A stretch of 63,991 nucleotides of DNA, filler included, from Barthelona sp. PAP020 (taxonomy: Eukaryota): the NCBI GenBank assembly GCA_040182905.1. It is 14 parts of 14 records of this genome, joined end to end, with 100 filler letters (N's around TTAATTAATTAA, not from the genome) between each part and the next. Parts side by side here need not be neighbours in the genome. Positions count along the whole stretch, not along the records: positions 19,112 to 23,760 come from JARQWU010000657.1; positions 23,861 to 28,504 come from JARQWU010000658.1; positions 28,605 to 33,245 come from JARQWU010000659.1; 11 more parts are not named here. One strand, 5' to 3'. Below, in pieces: positions 20,550 through 32,300 of this stretch. Both the position numbers and the translations under genes were made by a program. Positions within the stretch are counted from its first letter, which is position 1. Every line of letters begins with the position of its first letter. The notes below the pieces were generated by a model. The model had not been told where the DNA came from and searched no databases. It worked only from the letters and a program-made list of their open reading frames with translations.

Positions 20550-23531
20550 TTAGCCAAATAAACTTTTGAACCAACTGTAAAACGGTTTTAAAAGCTCTAC
20601 AATTTGGAAATGCCCATTGGTTCTGGCAATATCTATTGGTCTCAATCCTTGGTCCAACTTGAGATTTACATTGGCACTGTGGTCTAATAATAGTTTGACA
20701 ATCTCAAAATATCCTTTTTCACAACAAACATATAATGCAGAAGCACCATCATTCTTACACAAATTAACATCAGCACCATGATCCAAGAGTAGCCTAGCAA
20801 CACCAATATGAGCAAAGTTGCAACTAATGTACAATGCAGAAGCTCCATCTTTATTACATGCATTAACATCAGCCCCATAGTCTAAGAGCATTTTAGAAAC
20901 TTCAAGATGACCTTGCTGACAACAAATCATCAAAGGTGAAAAGCCATCATTCATACACAAATTGACATTGACCCCAAAATCCAAGAGCATTTTAGCAATA
21001 TCAAGATGACCATTTTGACAACTAATATAAAATGGTGAAGCACCAACATTCATACATAAATTAACATCAGCCCCATGATCCAAGAGCACTTTAGCAACAT
21101 TAAGATGACCTTCTTGACAACTAATGAAAAACGCCGAAGCACCCTTATTATTAAGCAAATCAACATCAACATCATGATCCAAAAGATTTCTACAAATATC
21201 AATATTACCTTGGTGACAACAAATGAACAAAGGAGAGTTTCCTTCATAATTGCACAAATTACCATCGGCACCATGATCTAAGAGTATTTTGACAATATCC
21301 AGGTAACCTTTTTGACAACTAATGAACAATGGAGTTTGTCCCTTCATGTTGCGCCAATTAACATTAGAACCATGATTTAAGAGCATTTTGACCAAATTCA
21401 GGTGACCCTTACGACAACCAACAAACAACGGAGAAGAACCATCATCCCTACATAAATTAACATCAACCTCACGATCCAAAAGCATTCTTACAACATCCGT
21501 ATGACCATATTCACAGCTGATATACAACAGAGAAGTACCATTATTCATGCAAAAATTAACATTAGCGCCATGATCCAACAGCATTTTAGCAACTTCAAGA
21601 TGACCATTTTGACAACAGATGAACAGTGGAGGAGAACGATATTTCTTATACAAATTAAAGTCTGCTTCATGATCCAAAAGCATTTTGGCAACATCATGAT
21701 GTCCTTTTTTACAACTATAATACAATGCTGAAGCGCCATTATTGTTGCAAAGATTGACATTAGCCCCAAAATCCAACAGAAACTCAACAACCTCAATATT
21801 TCCATGAAATGCGGCTCCCAAAAGCAATGTATTTCCTTTCTCTACTTGTATATTTACATCAATCCCAGCTTTGACATATTGTTTGATAACTTCTAGGTTC
21901 CCATTGCATGCAGCCCGAAATATCTTCATTGAAATATTATCATCTTCAAACACATTAACATCAAGCTCACTTAAAGAAACCACTCGATCCATTTTATGCT
22001 TTACATGAGGAACAACCTTGAAATATGCATGTTCTTCAGCAGAACTCAATTTTTCCACTCCCAAAATCAAAACACCAAGATATTCAATAATCTCTGAAAA
22101 TGTTGGTCTTTTTTCGGGATTGGAATCAAAACATTTAGATATGAACTCATATCCAAGAACTAGTTTGATATCACTGAAAGGCTTATTTCCAAAACATAAC
22201 TTCAAACCAATCATAGGATCAGGAATACCATCAAAAGGGACATTACCCGTCATTACCTCAAAAAACGTTACACCAAATGCCCAATAATCAATTCCTGGAT
22301 GTGTCATGGTATTTTCTTGCATGAAAATTTCTGGTGGCATGTAACGTAAAGTGCCAAATTTGGACAAAATACTGTTTCTTTTGAAAGAGCGAATTAAACC
22401 AAAATCACAAAGGGCGATTGTTCCATCATTTCTGATAAGCACATTTTTAGGAGTCACATCGCGATGAACAACACCTTTACTGTGACAGAAATTCAAAGCA
22501 TCAGCTAATTGCAACATGCATTCAAGCTTTTCAAGTACCGTCATTGAATGCAATCTTTGGCTCAAACAACAGGTACAATATTCCATAACATACCCCCAGT
22601 TACCATCTTTGCAAGTTAAGCCATAAATATGACAAATGTACTGATGAATAAATGTTGCTGCAATGCATTCACCCATTAATAGCTCTTTTGAGTAATCATA
22701 TGGAAACTTGAGAGCAACATCTCCTCTTTGATATTTTCCTTTGTAGATAGTTGCATATCCACCTCGACCTATCTCTTCTAATGCACTAATTTTATCAAAA
22801 CTAATTTCAGGAATTTCAAACTTTGAACTACTTTGCTTGTCCTCAGCCTGTTGAATTCTATTCAAAACCCCTCTAATATCATTATCATGTGCTTGTGATT
22901 CAAGTTTTGACATCAACCATGATAATTTGTCATTCGTCTGTCTTTGTAACTCTTCCATTTTTTCAAAATTCTTGCGTAACTCCACCATTAGCTTTTCGTT
23001 TACATGACACAAATGATTACTGATCTTATTAAAAATTTCATCAGGCATCATATTTATACAAAGTGTAGTTAAGATTAAATTCAAGTCACAACTTAACCGA
23101 TCAAATTTTTGGTGTAAATCTTTAATTTTCTCTAGATCTTCACCATTGAAAACACTTTCAATATGATTATGACTTGTACTTTTTTCAATAATAGGTTTGG
23201 ACGATTCACAATAGTGATGAAACAGACTCATTAGGTGTTTAAATTTCACATCATTTGCTACAGTAGCTTGGTCACACAGGATTTCTTCAAAATTTGAAGA
23301 TAACCAGAGTATTCTCAAAAATAATACAATTCCTTCTTCTTTTACATATTCAATGTTCATAAATCTAGAAGAAATATTTGTTGTAACATCTACAATCGGT
23401 ATTTCACAGGCAGCAAGAACTGAAAAGACAGAATCATACTCAACAATTTCAATAATTTGTTGAAAATCCCTAAAATCATTTTTCACTGTTTCCAAAAGCA
23501 AATTTTGAAAGTCTTTCAGTTGATCGGCCAT
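20550..23531 (-). CDS. TKL-like protein kinase with helical N-terminus and ~13 C-terminal ankyrin repeats
   Basis: IGRGGYA, VALK, HRDVTPKN, DFG, GTLRYMPPE; 33-aa repeats ADVNLCN..G.SPL.I.CQ.GHL.VAKMLLDHG. Confidence 0.92.
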   Translation of the reverse strand: MADQLKDFQNLLLETVKNDFRDFQQIIEIVEYDSVFSVLAACEIPIVDVTTNISSRFMNIEYVKEEGIVLFLRILWLSSNFEEILCDQATVANDVKFKHLMSLFHHYCESSKPIIEKSTSHNHIESVFNGEDLEKIKDLHQKFDRLSCDLNLILTTLCINMMPDEIFNKISNHLCHVNEKLMVELRKNFEKMEELQRQTNDKLSWLMSKLESQAHDNDIRGVLNRIQQAEDKQSSSKFEIPEISFDKISALEEIGRGGYATIYKGKYQRGDVALKFPYDYSKELLMGECIAATFIHQYICHIYGLTCKDGNWGYVMEYCTCCLSQRLHSMTVLEKLECMLQLADALNFCHSKGVVHRDVTPKNVLIRNDGTIALCDFGLIRSFKRNSILSKFGTLRYMPPEIFMQENTMTHPGIDYWAFGVTFFEVMTGNVPFDGIPDPMIGLKLCFGNKPFSDIKLVLGYEFISKCFDSNPEKRPTFSEIIEYLGVLILGVEKLSSAEEHAYFKVVPHVKHKMDRVVSLSELDVNVFEDDNISMKIFRAACNGNLEVIKQYVKAGIDVNIQVEKGNTLLLGAAFHGNIEVVEFLLDFGANVNLCNNNGASALYYSCKKGHHDVAKMLLDHEADFNLYKKYRSPPLFICCQNGHLEVAKMLLDHGANVNFCMNNGTSLLYISCEYGHTDVVRMLLDREVDVNLCRDDGSSPLFVGCRKGHLNLVKMLLNHGSNVNWRNMKGQTPLFISCQKGYLDIVKILLDHGADGNLCNYEGNSPLFICCHQGNIDICRNLLDHDVDVDLLNNKGASAFFISCQEGHLNVAKVLLDHGADVNLCMNVGASPFYISCQNGHLDIAKMLLDFGVNVNLCMNDGFSPLMICCQQGHLEVSKMLLDYGADVNACNKDGASALYISCNFAHIGVARLLLDHGADVNLCKNDGASALYVCCEKGYFEIVKLLLDHSANVNLKLDQGLRPIDIARTNGHFQIVELLKPFYSWFKSLFG

Positions 23532-23860
23532 TAAACAATCAGAAATCAACAAATTAAATCTGTTTCAAATTTTTTGAATTTTTCCAAGCAGTTCCAATAA
23601 CTCGATGATCTGATTATTAGATAAGGGTAATTTGGTCTAAAGTCGCATTTATAATTGGTTTGTCTTTTCTCTTTCCATCAATTCACAATTGCCCTTTGAA
23701 AAATTGAAAGACTCTTGAAATGTAAAAAGATACCAATAATATGTTATAAACCACTCAACGNNNNNNNNNNNNNNNNNNNNNNNNNNNNNNNNNNNNNNNN
23801 NNNNTTAATTAATTAANNNNNNNNNNNNNNNNNNNNNNNNNNNNNNNNNNNNNNNNNNNN

Positions 23861-23959
23861 GGTGCTCCTGCTCGTTCTGAACGTGTTGCCAAGTTCAACC
23901 AACTCCTCAGAATTGAAGAAGAACTTGAAGAACCCGTTTACGGTTTCCCTAAGTGGTAA
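23861..23959 (+). CDS. ENO: Enolase, C-terminal fragment
   Basis: [22 protein letters not shown] followed by TAA. Confidence 0.92.
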   Translation, partial: GAPARSERVAKFNQLLRIEEELEEPVYGFPKW

Positions 23960-24018
23960 CTTTCGTTTTTAGCTAAATAAAAGAACAAATATGTGTTTGT
24001 CAATTTTTATGTTTTTTT

Positions 24019-25860
24019 TTATTTTTTATAACCAAATTGTGTGTTAAAGTCAAGGTAATGAGTTATTTCAGAGGGATCAACACTTGGTCTTAACACTTGT
24101 AAACTAATTTGGAAATCTTCCAGTGTTATTGGCCTCAAAGTATTAGTCTGTATACTTCTAATATCATGAATTTCTCGCATGGCAATTAAAGCCGCTTCTG
24201 AACACAAATTTTTCATATCATCCCCAGAAAAACCTTGAGTTTGTTGTGCAATAAAATCCATATTTTCTTTTGACAAATTATTTGGTGATTTTTTCAACAA
24301 ATTCTCAATTATTCCTCTTCTAGCTTCAATATCTGGTAAAGGAACATATAATCTTCTTGATAAACGCCTTCTAGCAGCCTCATCTAAATCTTGAGGACGA
24401 TTAGTTGCTCCAACAATTAATAATCGATCATCAGTAGATGTAGCTGCACCATCTATTTGAATTAAAAATTCAGTTTTTAATCTGCGAGTTCCTTCCATCT
24501 CTTTATCAGTTCTTTTGGTAAGTAGTGAATCGATTTCATCAATAAAAATGACAGCAGGTTGCATTTCTCTGGCAACAGCAAACAAAGCTCTGACTAATTT
24601 TTCACCTTCACCTACCCATTTAGACATCAAAGAAGAGGCACTGATTGAAAAGAATGTCGCTTCACATTGTGATGCAATGGCTTTCCCTATCATTGTTTTA
24701 CCATTTCCAGGGGGGCCAAACAACAATAAACCTTTAGGTGGCTTTCTCAAACCCGTAAATAAATCAGGTCTCAACAATGGCCACACCGCGCATTCAATAA
24801 CTGCCGCTTTTGTTTGTCTTAATCCGGCAATATCATCCCATGAGACACCAGGTGATGTATCTAAAACCTCTAATCGTATCTGATCCATCAATTTTTCCAT
24901 TCCTGAATCGCCTTTTTTGTCTTCTTTTGTCTGGTTACCTTTAGGTTGCCTTTGGTGCTGAGCAGCAGCTAACACAGAGGCACCAGAAGGTCTGGTATTT
25001 GTGGGTGCCCTTTTTAAAGGAGGAACAAACCCACTTTTCCTAGTCTCTCTATCAAGTTCAGTATTTTCATTCGAATTAACCTTTGGAACATTGGATATTG
25101 GTCGAGGTGCATTAAATCCATTGGAAATTTGCCTTGATGTGGAAAGGTGATTCTTTTTCTTCAACATTTGGGGTTCTTGTTCCTCATCATCTTCATTTTC
25201 AAGACTTTCATCACTTTGAATATTAGTGTTTTTATCAGAATTTAATAATTTTGAAGCTGTTGTAAATTGCAAACTGTGTTTGCCATTTCTGTTACTTTTA
25301 TATTCATTGTAATTTGATTCAGAATCGGAAGTCGAGCTCAAATCTTCTTCTTCTTTGTGATCACCAAAATTACGTCCAAAATTACGAAATTTTTTCTTCT
25401 TTCCATGATTCACAGAATGTTTTTTATAATTTGATCGTTTAAAAGGATCATTTGCAATATTAGTCAATACATTTGTGTTATTTTCATCATTACTTTCAAT
25501 ATCAGATAAAGTTTCCTGTTCTTGTTTATAAATGGAAATTTTTCTTTGTTTTATAGCATTTGTGTGAGTTCTGTTTAATGGTTTCACATTTTGAACAACA
25601 TTTATTTCATTCGTTTTTCTTTTCACCTCAATAGGTTTGTTTTCATTATAATACTCAATATATTTGTTTAAATCGATTGATAAGTCTAATTTTACCATAT
25701 TAAATGCTGAAATTTTATTCTCTTTTAATTCTTTTCCTAATACCCTGCCAAATTTTTCTAATTTCCGATAAACCTCAATAACATTTTGACTTTCACAGTT
25801 CTCGGTAACTTCATTAAAAGAATGAACATATTTAATTATTGAATTCACATGAGAATTCAT
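24019..25860 (-). CDS. FIGNL1: Fidgetin-like 1 AAA ATPase
   Basis: VSWDDIAGL, VWPLLRPDLFTGLR, GPPGNGKTMIGKAIASQ, SKWVGEGEKLVRALF, LDEAARRR; C-terminal Vps4_C-like segment. Confidence 0.85.
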   Translation of the reverse strand: MNSHVNSIIKYVHSFNEVTENCESQNVIEVYRKLEKFGRVLGKELKENKISAFNMVKLDLSIDLNKYIEYYNENKPIEVKRKTNEINVVQNVKPLNRTHTNAIKQRKISIYKQEQETLSDIESNDENNTNVLTNIANDPFKRSNYKKHSVNHGKKKKFRNFGRNFGDHKEEEDLSSTSDSESNYNEYKSNRNGKHSLQFTTASKLLNSDKNTNIQSDESLENEDDEEQEPQMLKKKNHLSTSRQISNGFNAPRPISNVPKVNSNENTELDRETRKSGFVPPLKRAPTNTRPSGASVLAAAQHQRQPKGNQTKEDKKGDSGMEKLMDQIRLEVLDTSPGVSWDDIAGLRQTKAAVIECAVWPLLRPDLFTGLRKPPKGLLLFGPPGNGKTMIGKAIASQCEATFFSISASSLMSKWVGEGEKLVRALFAVAREMQPAVIFIDEIDSLLTKRTDKEMEGTRRLKTEFLIQIDGAATSTDDRLLIVGATNRPQDLDEAARRRLSRRLYVPLPDIEARRGIIENLLKKSPNNLSKENMDFIAQQTQGFSGDDMKNLCSEAALIAMREIHDIRSIQTNTLRPITLEDFQISLQVLRPSVDPSEITHYLDFNTQFGYKK

Positions 25861-26144
25861 TCACAAAAAAAAGACAAATGGTACAAGCAGGGTTTTCTTT
25901 TCCAAACTTTTTTGTTTTTTGAGGTAAATTTTTCCAACCAAATGCCAACACAGTGATTTTATTTATAAATGAAAAAAACATCATAACAAAAGACTTAATG
26001 AAAATCAAAAATAGCTTTCAATACCTCTATTAAACAAGTTTTAATCCAAGAATGACACACATGAGGAAAAATTAAAAGGAAAAAAAAGAAAAACATTTAT
26101 AAAAATTTGTTTCACTTCTTCAACTTTTTTATTGTTAATTCATA

Positions 26145-26471
26145 ATGGGTACGTTTTTATTGATTTAATTCATTTATATACGAATTACATATTGTTTCGT
26201 TCAACATTTTTGTGTCTTTTCTTTGAATTTTTCTAACTTTTTAGGAAGAGCCCACGGTTCACTCGCTCACGTCGGACAAGTCCGTAAAAATACACCTAAC
26301 GATCCTAAGAGAGAAACTATTCGTCCTGATCCTCGTGGACGTGCTAGAATGAGATTCCTTTACAATCGTCGTTTTAAAAACCCCATGAAAGTCAATGGTC
26401 GTGCTCTTACTATGAACTCTCGTGTTTATCAATTGCACCTTGAAGCCATGCGTGCTCGTTTTGAAAAATAA
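26145..26471 (+). CDS. RPS30: 40S ribosomal protein eS30 (intron 26149-26244)
   Basis: ATGG|GTACGT...TCTAACTTTTTAG|GA gives MGRAHGSLAHVGQVRKNTP...RGRARMRFLYNRRF. Confidence 0.9.
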
Positions 26472-26739
26472 TTTTATAGATTCGTTAGTTTTTATTCTTT
26501 TGAGTAAACTTTATTCTTTCCATTTTTATTGATGAATTTCATTTTATTTTTTGTGATTTAAAGATGTTTTTTCTTTATTTTATCCTTTTTGACTTCAGCA
26601 TTTTGTGGTAACAATATTATTAACAGAGAAGAAATTTAAAGGAAAGCCAGGGAAACTTTTTGGAAAAATTCGACTCTATGTGAAGAACATAACAAACGTA
26701 TTTAAAAAAAAAAATCTCAGAAAGCTAATATTTGCAGTA

Positions 26740-27516
26740 AAAAAGAAATTTGTGAAAGTGGAAAAAGATTTTGAACATTCAGAGGAAGCTCTAGAAGTTG
26801 TTTAACTATTTGGGCGTGTTGTTGGAGAAGTTTTAAAAAAATTGGATGATGATACACATATTGTGCGAGGAAATAGTTGTGGCAGACATATTGTTGCTGC
26901 AAGAGAAAAAATTCTGAAAGACAACTGCAACCCGGTGTGTCGCATTAGATATAAGCTTTAACGATTGTGAGGTTGTTGCCACAGTATATTCATCCTATTG
27001 TTCATGCTATAGTTACTGAAGAACTAGGTTTTATTAGTTTTTTAGATATTGGGGGACTTTCTAATCAATTAAGAGAACTCAGAGAAGTTGTTGAACTACC
27101 TCTAACACACCCTGAATTATTTAAAAGAACTGGAATTTGATCCTTTGGGTAGGGTTAAAGTTGTTATGACCACAAACAGACCCGATATTCTCAATCCCGC
27201 TTTATTATGGCTTGGTAGACTCGACGGAAAGATCGAAGTTGGACTTCCAAATGAACCAGGACGAATACAAATTTTGAAAATTCATACCAGCAAAGTAAGA
27301 ACAATGGGAGATATTGATTATGAAGCTTTTGTTAAAATGTCATTTGATTTTAATGGTGCTGCTCTTCGTAATGTTTGCACAGAAGCTGGAATGTTTGCAA
27401 TCCGAAATGAGCGAAATTATGTTATCAAAGAAGATTTTATGAGGGCAGTAAGAAAGCTTAGAGATACCAAAAAGTTGGAATCAAAACTTGATTATTCAAA
27501 AGTGTGGAATGCCTGA
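26740..27516 (+). pseudogene. Disrupted 26S proteasome ATPase Rpt4-like copy
   Basis: Fragments [41 protein letters not shown] and [41 protein letters not shown]. In-frame TAA, frameshifts, and no Walker A/B region. Confidence 0.8.
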
Positions 27517-28137
27517 TGTGTTTATGTCAATATTTTTTGGGTTCATGGTTTTTTTTCAATAAATGGATAATTTTTTTTTTCAAAAAAACCTTGTTCCAGG
27601 TTAAATTTTATCCCGTTGAGTGAAATGTCAAACACTCAATTCATTTAGTTTTTTGAAATCAAGGCACAAGAGTTGGTGTTATGATAAATAAGGATGGATA
27701 TTTTAATATTTAACAGAGTGTAGCTAACATGTGGTTGAATACTTATCAACCGTTCCATAAGGAGCAGATTATTTTTAAAGATTTCTGTTTTATTCTTTTG
27801 AACATTCATTTAAACATTTGTTTTCTTTGTGTAAAAGTAATAGAAAATTGTAGCAATGCCAATTTTCTCATTTTGTTCCCTCTTTTAAAGATCTTGGTTG
27901 ATATTTTCAAAAGGAATGAAACATTTTGGATTTTGAAATCATTTACCCTAACGGATTCTGTTCTTTCACTTCATTTTAAAAAATAATTGGTCCAATTGTG
28001 AAACAACTATATTTATTTACAAAGAAAGAAAACTCAGAAAACTCATTCTAGCAAATTTCAGTCAAAATCCCAGGAGGGGAATTGAGGGACTGAAATGAAA
28101 TTGGAACGATCAAGTAGGAGAATTTTGGAGAAATTCT

Positions 28138-28272
28138 TCATTCCTATTTTTTTGTATTTTTGCAAAAGCAAAATTTTAAAGTTTAAACTTTACCTCAGAA
28201 AATCCAAAGTTTTGAACAGATGAATCGGGCCTCGAAAGCCTTTAACCAAATAAATACTATTACTCATACGCA
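28138..28272 (+). repeat. Dispersed non-coding repeat, family A copy 2
   Basis: Near-identical to 2-119, followed by ACTCATACGCA. Confidence 0.85.
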
Positions 28273-28432
28273 CTGGATGTTTCTTAAGCTGAAAATAAAA
28301 GAAACGGTATGCTAACTTTTCAAATTTTTTGTATGTGTTTCACATTTAAGGGGAATTCAAGAAAACAAAAAATTGAAAGAATAATAAATAAATGAAAGTC
28401 CATTTATTGTTTAAAAATCCGCTACTAATATT

Positions 28433-28504
28433 CTACTTTAACTCCTCAATGAAGTTGCAATCAATAATTCTAATTTCACCCTTGCTTCCACCAACAGAGA
28501 ACAC
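28433..28504 (-). CDS. C-terminal fragment of a probable WD40 protein
   Basis: VFSVGGSKGEIRIIDCNFIEELK* at the contig edge. Confidence 0.45.
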   Translation of the reverse strand: MFSVGGSKGEIRIIDCNFIEELK

Positions 28505-28626
28505 NNNNNNNNNNNNNNNNNNNNNNNNNNNNNNNNNNNNNNNNNNNNTTAATTAATTAANNNNNNNNNNNNNNNNNNNNNNNNNNNNNNNNNNNNNNNN
28601 NNNNATCCAAACATCAATAAACCAAA

Positions 28627-29238
28627 TTATTGATCTGGATTTGTGTATGCAACTGCTGTTCTAACTTTGTGAATTTTTGTGTCAATGGTTCTAAGGGAAA
28701 CTAATTGAGCATTTTTAATCTCTTTGGCATCACTAACTTCCCATAACTTAGGTGTTTCTGTATCTGGATTGGTATAAATTAATAAATCAAAAACAGCTCC
28801 ATCTTCTAATAGAGGTAAATAGGAAGATGAAGCATTTAACTGTCTCATCAATGCTTGTAATTCTAAAGTCAGTTCTCTGGTTGTTTTAGAAGAAACTTCG
28901 TTGTTTCTAATGGCTGTTTCATTATACTCAATGTTAAAAGTCCATCTTTCTAAAGCTTCATTCGTTTGTGGAGATATTATAACTAAAACAAGACATTGAA
29001 CTTTATGGAGTTGTAACCAATCATTCAATTGATTCAAAACGGTTTGAAGGTAATTAGATAAATTTTGGTCAATCGTTATTGGTAAACGTTGATTATATTT
29101 TTTTTGGAATTTAAATGACTCAGATGGATATAAACCTCGCATATATAACACATTATTGATTGCAAATTCAAAAAATTCTGAAATAATTTGAATACTTCCT
29201 TTTAAAGTTATTGCAGTATCTACTATATGTTCAGTCAT
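28627..29238 (-). CDS. MAD2: Spindle checkpoint protein Mad2 (HORMA domain)
   Basis: ITLKGS..I.EFFEFAINNVLY.RGLYP; LERWTF; FDLLIYT; TKIHKV. Confidence 0.93.
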   Translation of the reverse strand: MTEHIVDTAITLKGSIQIISEFFEFAINNVLYMRGLYPSESFKFQKKYNQRLPITIDQNLSNYLQTVLNQLNDWLQLHKVQCLVLVIISPQTNEALERWTFNIEYNETAIRNNEVSSKTTRELTLELQALMRQLNASSSYLPLLEDGAVFDLLIYTNPDTETPKLWEVSDAKEIKNAQLVSLRTIDTKIHKVRTAVAYTNPDQ

Positions 29239-29362
29239 CGATAAATAAATTGTTATCAACTAACAGAAAAAGAAAAAACAAAAACAACAATAAAAAAAAA
29301 AAATTACGAAATTTTACCGGGTTTAATTCAGTAGACTAATATTTAAGGAATAATTTATTCGC

Positions 29363-32300
29363 TTATTCTCTAGAAACAAATTCTTTTGCTAAATCTTTAA
29401 CTTCTTGAATTGATGCAATGGTTCCATTAACTTTTTCATAACGGATCCATTTCTTGAATATGTTTGCAGCTCTTTTCAAAGAAAGATCTGAAGAAACACA
29501 TCTTTCAAATAAACGTCTAACCTTCTTTTCAGAATCACCATATTTGACTTCCATGTCAATATAAACATTCCAGATGTCCATTCTTGTGGGATAATTGTCT
29601 AAAACACCTTCAAATAATGTTCTTCCTACCTCAACATTACCGTCTTCAAATTCAAATTGTGCAACTTTGGCCGATAACATGGGATGCTCCTTGGGATGGA
29701 GAGATTTTAATGCTCTTTCAACAACATCATTCTTTTTCAATTCACTGATCCATTGAGACACTCTAAACTCTTCAATCATCTTGTCTTTAGGGTTTTCATC
29801 CTTAATTAACTTCCAATCGTCTTGATTCATCTCAATATTGCATAAAGTTTGATAAAAGAGAATCCAAACATCGAAATCTTCCCTAAATTTCTGTGACAAC
29901 TGTGCCAAAGAAAATTTGGTCAATCTTTCATTGTGTGCTGCGCTTGCAACTTTGTGGAAACATAAAAGAAGTTTCTTTCTGTCCATGCTTCTCCAACCCT
30001 CATCGTAAACAGTTCTTAAATCTTGAGGACTACCAAAGTTCAATTCAAAATTAAACATGGCTGCATAAATATTCATAATTTCATCTTGTTCTTCAAAATC
30101 AATCGTATTTAATGCCCTTGTAAGAACACTTCGAGCTTTCAAAGGATCAGCTTGTTCAATCAATAATGCTGCATAGGAAACCCATACATGAGATGAATTG
30201 GGATAAGCTGCAACAATTCTTTCAAAATCTTCAACAGTTTGAGGTGAGCCATCAGCAATTTCACGTTCATGAGCCTTTGCGATTTCTTCCTCCATTTGTA
30301 TTTTACGACGACGAGAACCACGACCAGAAGTCTCATCATCTTCTTCTTCTTCTGAATCAGATTCAACTTCTTCATTCTTTTTATCAAAAATACCAAGGTC
30401 GTAACTCATTCGGTAAGCTTTTTGATCAGCTACCTCATATTCAATTTCAGAATCCGATTCTTCCTCTTCCTCAGATTCTGAATCAGATTCTTCACTGTTT
30501 TCAATTCTTTCCATTTCATCCAAAACATCCACAACCTCTTCTTTTGATTCTTCTTCTTCTTCTTCTTCCTCTTCAATGACAGGGGCACGTTTTTCAACAT
30601 CATCATTCTCATCATCAGAGGTGTTCATACCAACCCCAGAACTTTCAAGTCTAATTCTCTCAATATCTGCGTCGTTGAACAAGCTGCGTTTAAGCCCCAA
30701 TTGAACACGTTTTTTTTCGACATCAACACCCAAAATTTTGACTTTAACGACATCACCCACTTCATATAGTTCAGAAACACGTTCAGCAGATAATCTTCTC
30801 TTGTCATCAGGTAAATCAATCAAATTACGAATGTGACATAAACCAGAAGCATATAAATGTCTTTGTTTCTTAGCAGGGATCTCAGAAGTTCCCAAAATGA
30901 CAAACACACCATATTCTTGAACAGATAAAATAACACCAGTCACAATATCATCAGCCTGCAATGCGCCATAAGGATCAGCACCTAAAACTTCCAATTTCAT
31001 ATCACTTTTTCTTGCAGTTAATTCTAAAGCTCCATTTTCAATTGATAAAACTCTTGCTTTTACCAAAGTACCAGTAGGATACTTCTTTCTGATATCATCC
31101 TTACTCATAAAGTCATCACTAACATATTTCAATTGAATTCTACCAGTGATAGAAGAAGAAATGTTTAAAAACAAACCGTGTGTTAAAACACCTGGTCTGA
31201 CAATACCTTTGACAAAACTTCCTATTTTCAAGTCATTGATTTCAAGATTCTTTTGTTCAGAAGGATACTCTGTCATTGATGAGCCAGTGTCACTTGGTTT
31301 CAAAGAAAGTTTCAATTTGGGTGTTGTCTCTTTTACAAATGCCACAACACTTTGATCCAAACTGTAATGTTCACGACAATCTGCAACAAAAGAACGATCT
31401 AATATATTAATTGGATACACAACTCCGGTTAACTCACCAACAAATCCAATAAAAACGCTCTTTTTGGTAACATTACGAACATAACCATTAACCAATGATT
31501 CAGGAACGATTGAATCAATAGATGTGGGTGATTCAAAAAGAGAATTCTTGCAGGTGACTGTAAACCTCTTTCTTAAAGGGTTTACGCGTAAAATCATACA
31601 ATCTAACGTTTTTCCAACACTAGTTGTTTCAAATATTACATCACATTCATCTCTGTCATCACTCAAATGTCCAATAGGTAGAAAACCAGTTTCTGCACCA
31701 ACACTAACAACAAAACCAGGACTGATGCTAGAATCAGCAGTAACTTTAGCTAATATTTTGCAATTGATAATGGAGCCAGGAATAAGCTTCATCTCAACGT
31801 TGGTATCAACAGTTTCCTCCAAAAGTCCTCTGGGAACAAGATTCATTCGCTGTTTTTCAACATTAATGCTGCTCACGGTAACACGCATGATTTGTCCAAG
31901 AACAGGAACAGCACCTTCAATTTTCAAAACACCAGCAACACCACCAAAGAAAGTAATGAAACATAAATCTTTTTTAATACCAGTACAAACACCAATAATA
32001 TCCTTACCAACTTCAACTTGATCCCAAGAAATTGGAATGTCAGAACCAATCTCAGCTTTCAAAAGAGTATTTTTGCAAGTAGCAGTGGCCCATCCAGAAC
32101 CTTTATTAACTATACGAATCGAAACTTCTTTACCAGCTGTAAAACGACGATCCAATAAAGATGTTGAAATTGGCATATCAGCAGTATGTATATTGGGCAC
32201 TCTAACAATAACATTTGAAGCCAAAGCGACTTTAACATCGCTTCCAATTATTTCCACAACTTTACCTTTGTAAATTCCTCCAATTTTCACATCTCCCATA

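Noticed and set aside
20550..21900. 99-bp periodic repeats resembling an array
   Set aside because: Coding ankyrin repeats, not CRISPR: there is no repeat-spacer structure and no cas genes.
26803..26805. In-frame TAA at a conserved Gln position, suggesting TAR=Gln recoding as in hexamitid diplomonads
   Set aside because: It lies in a frameshifted pseudogene. Enolase, RPS23, MAD2 and others end at TAA where expected, and long conserved ORFs have no internal TAA or TAG.
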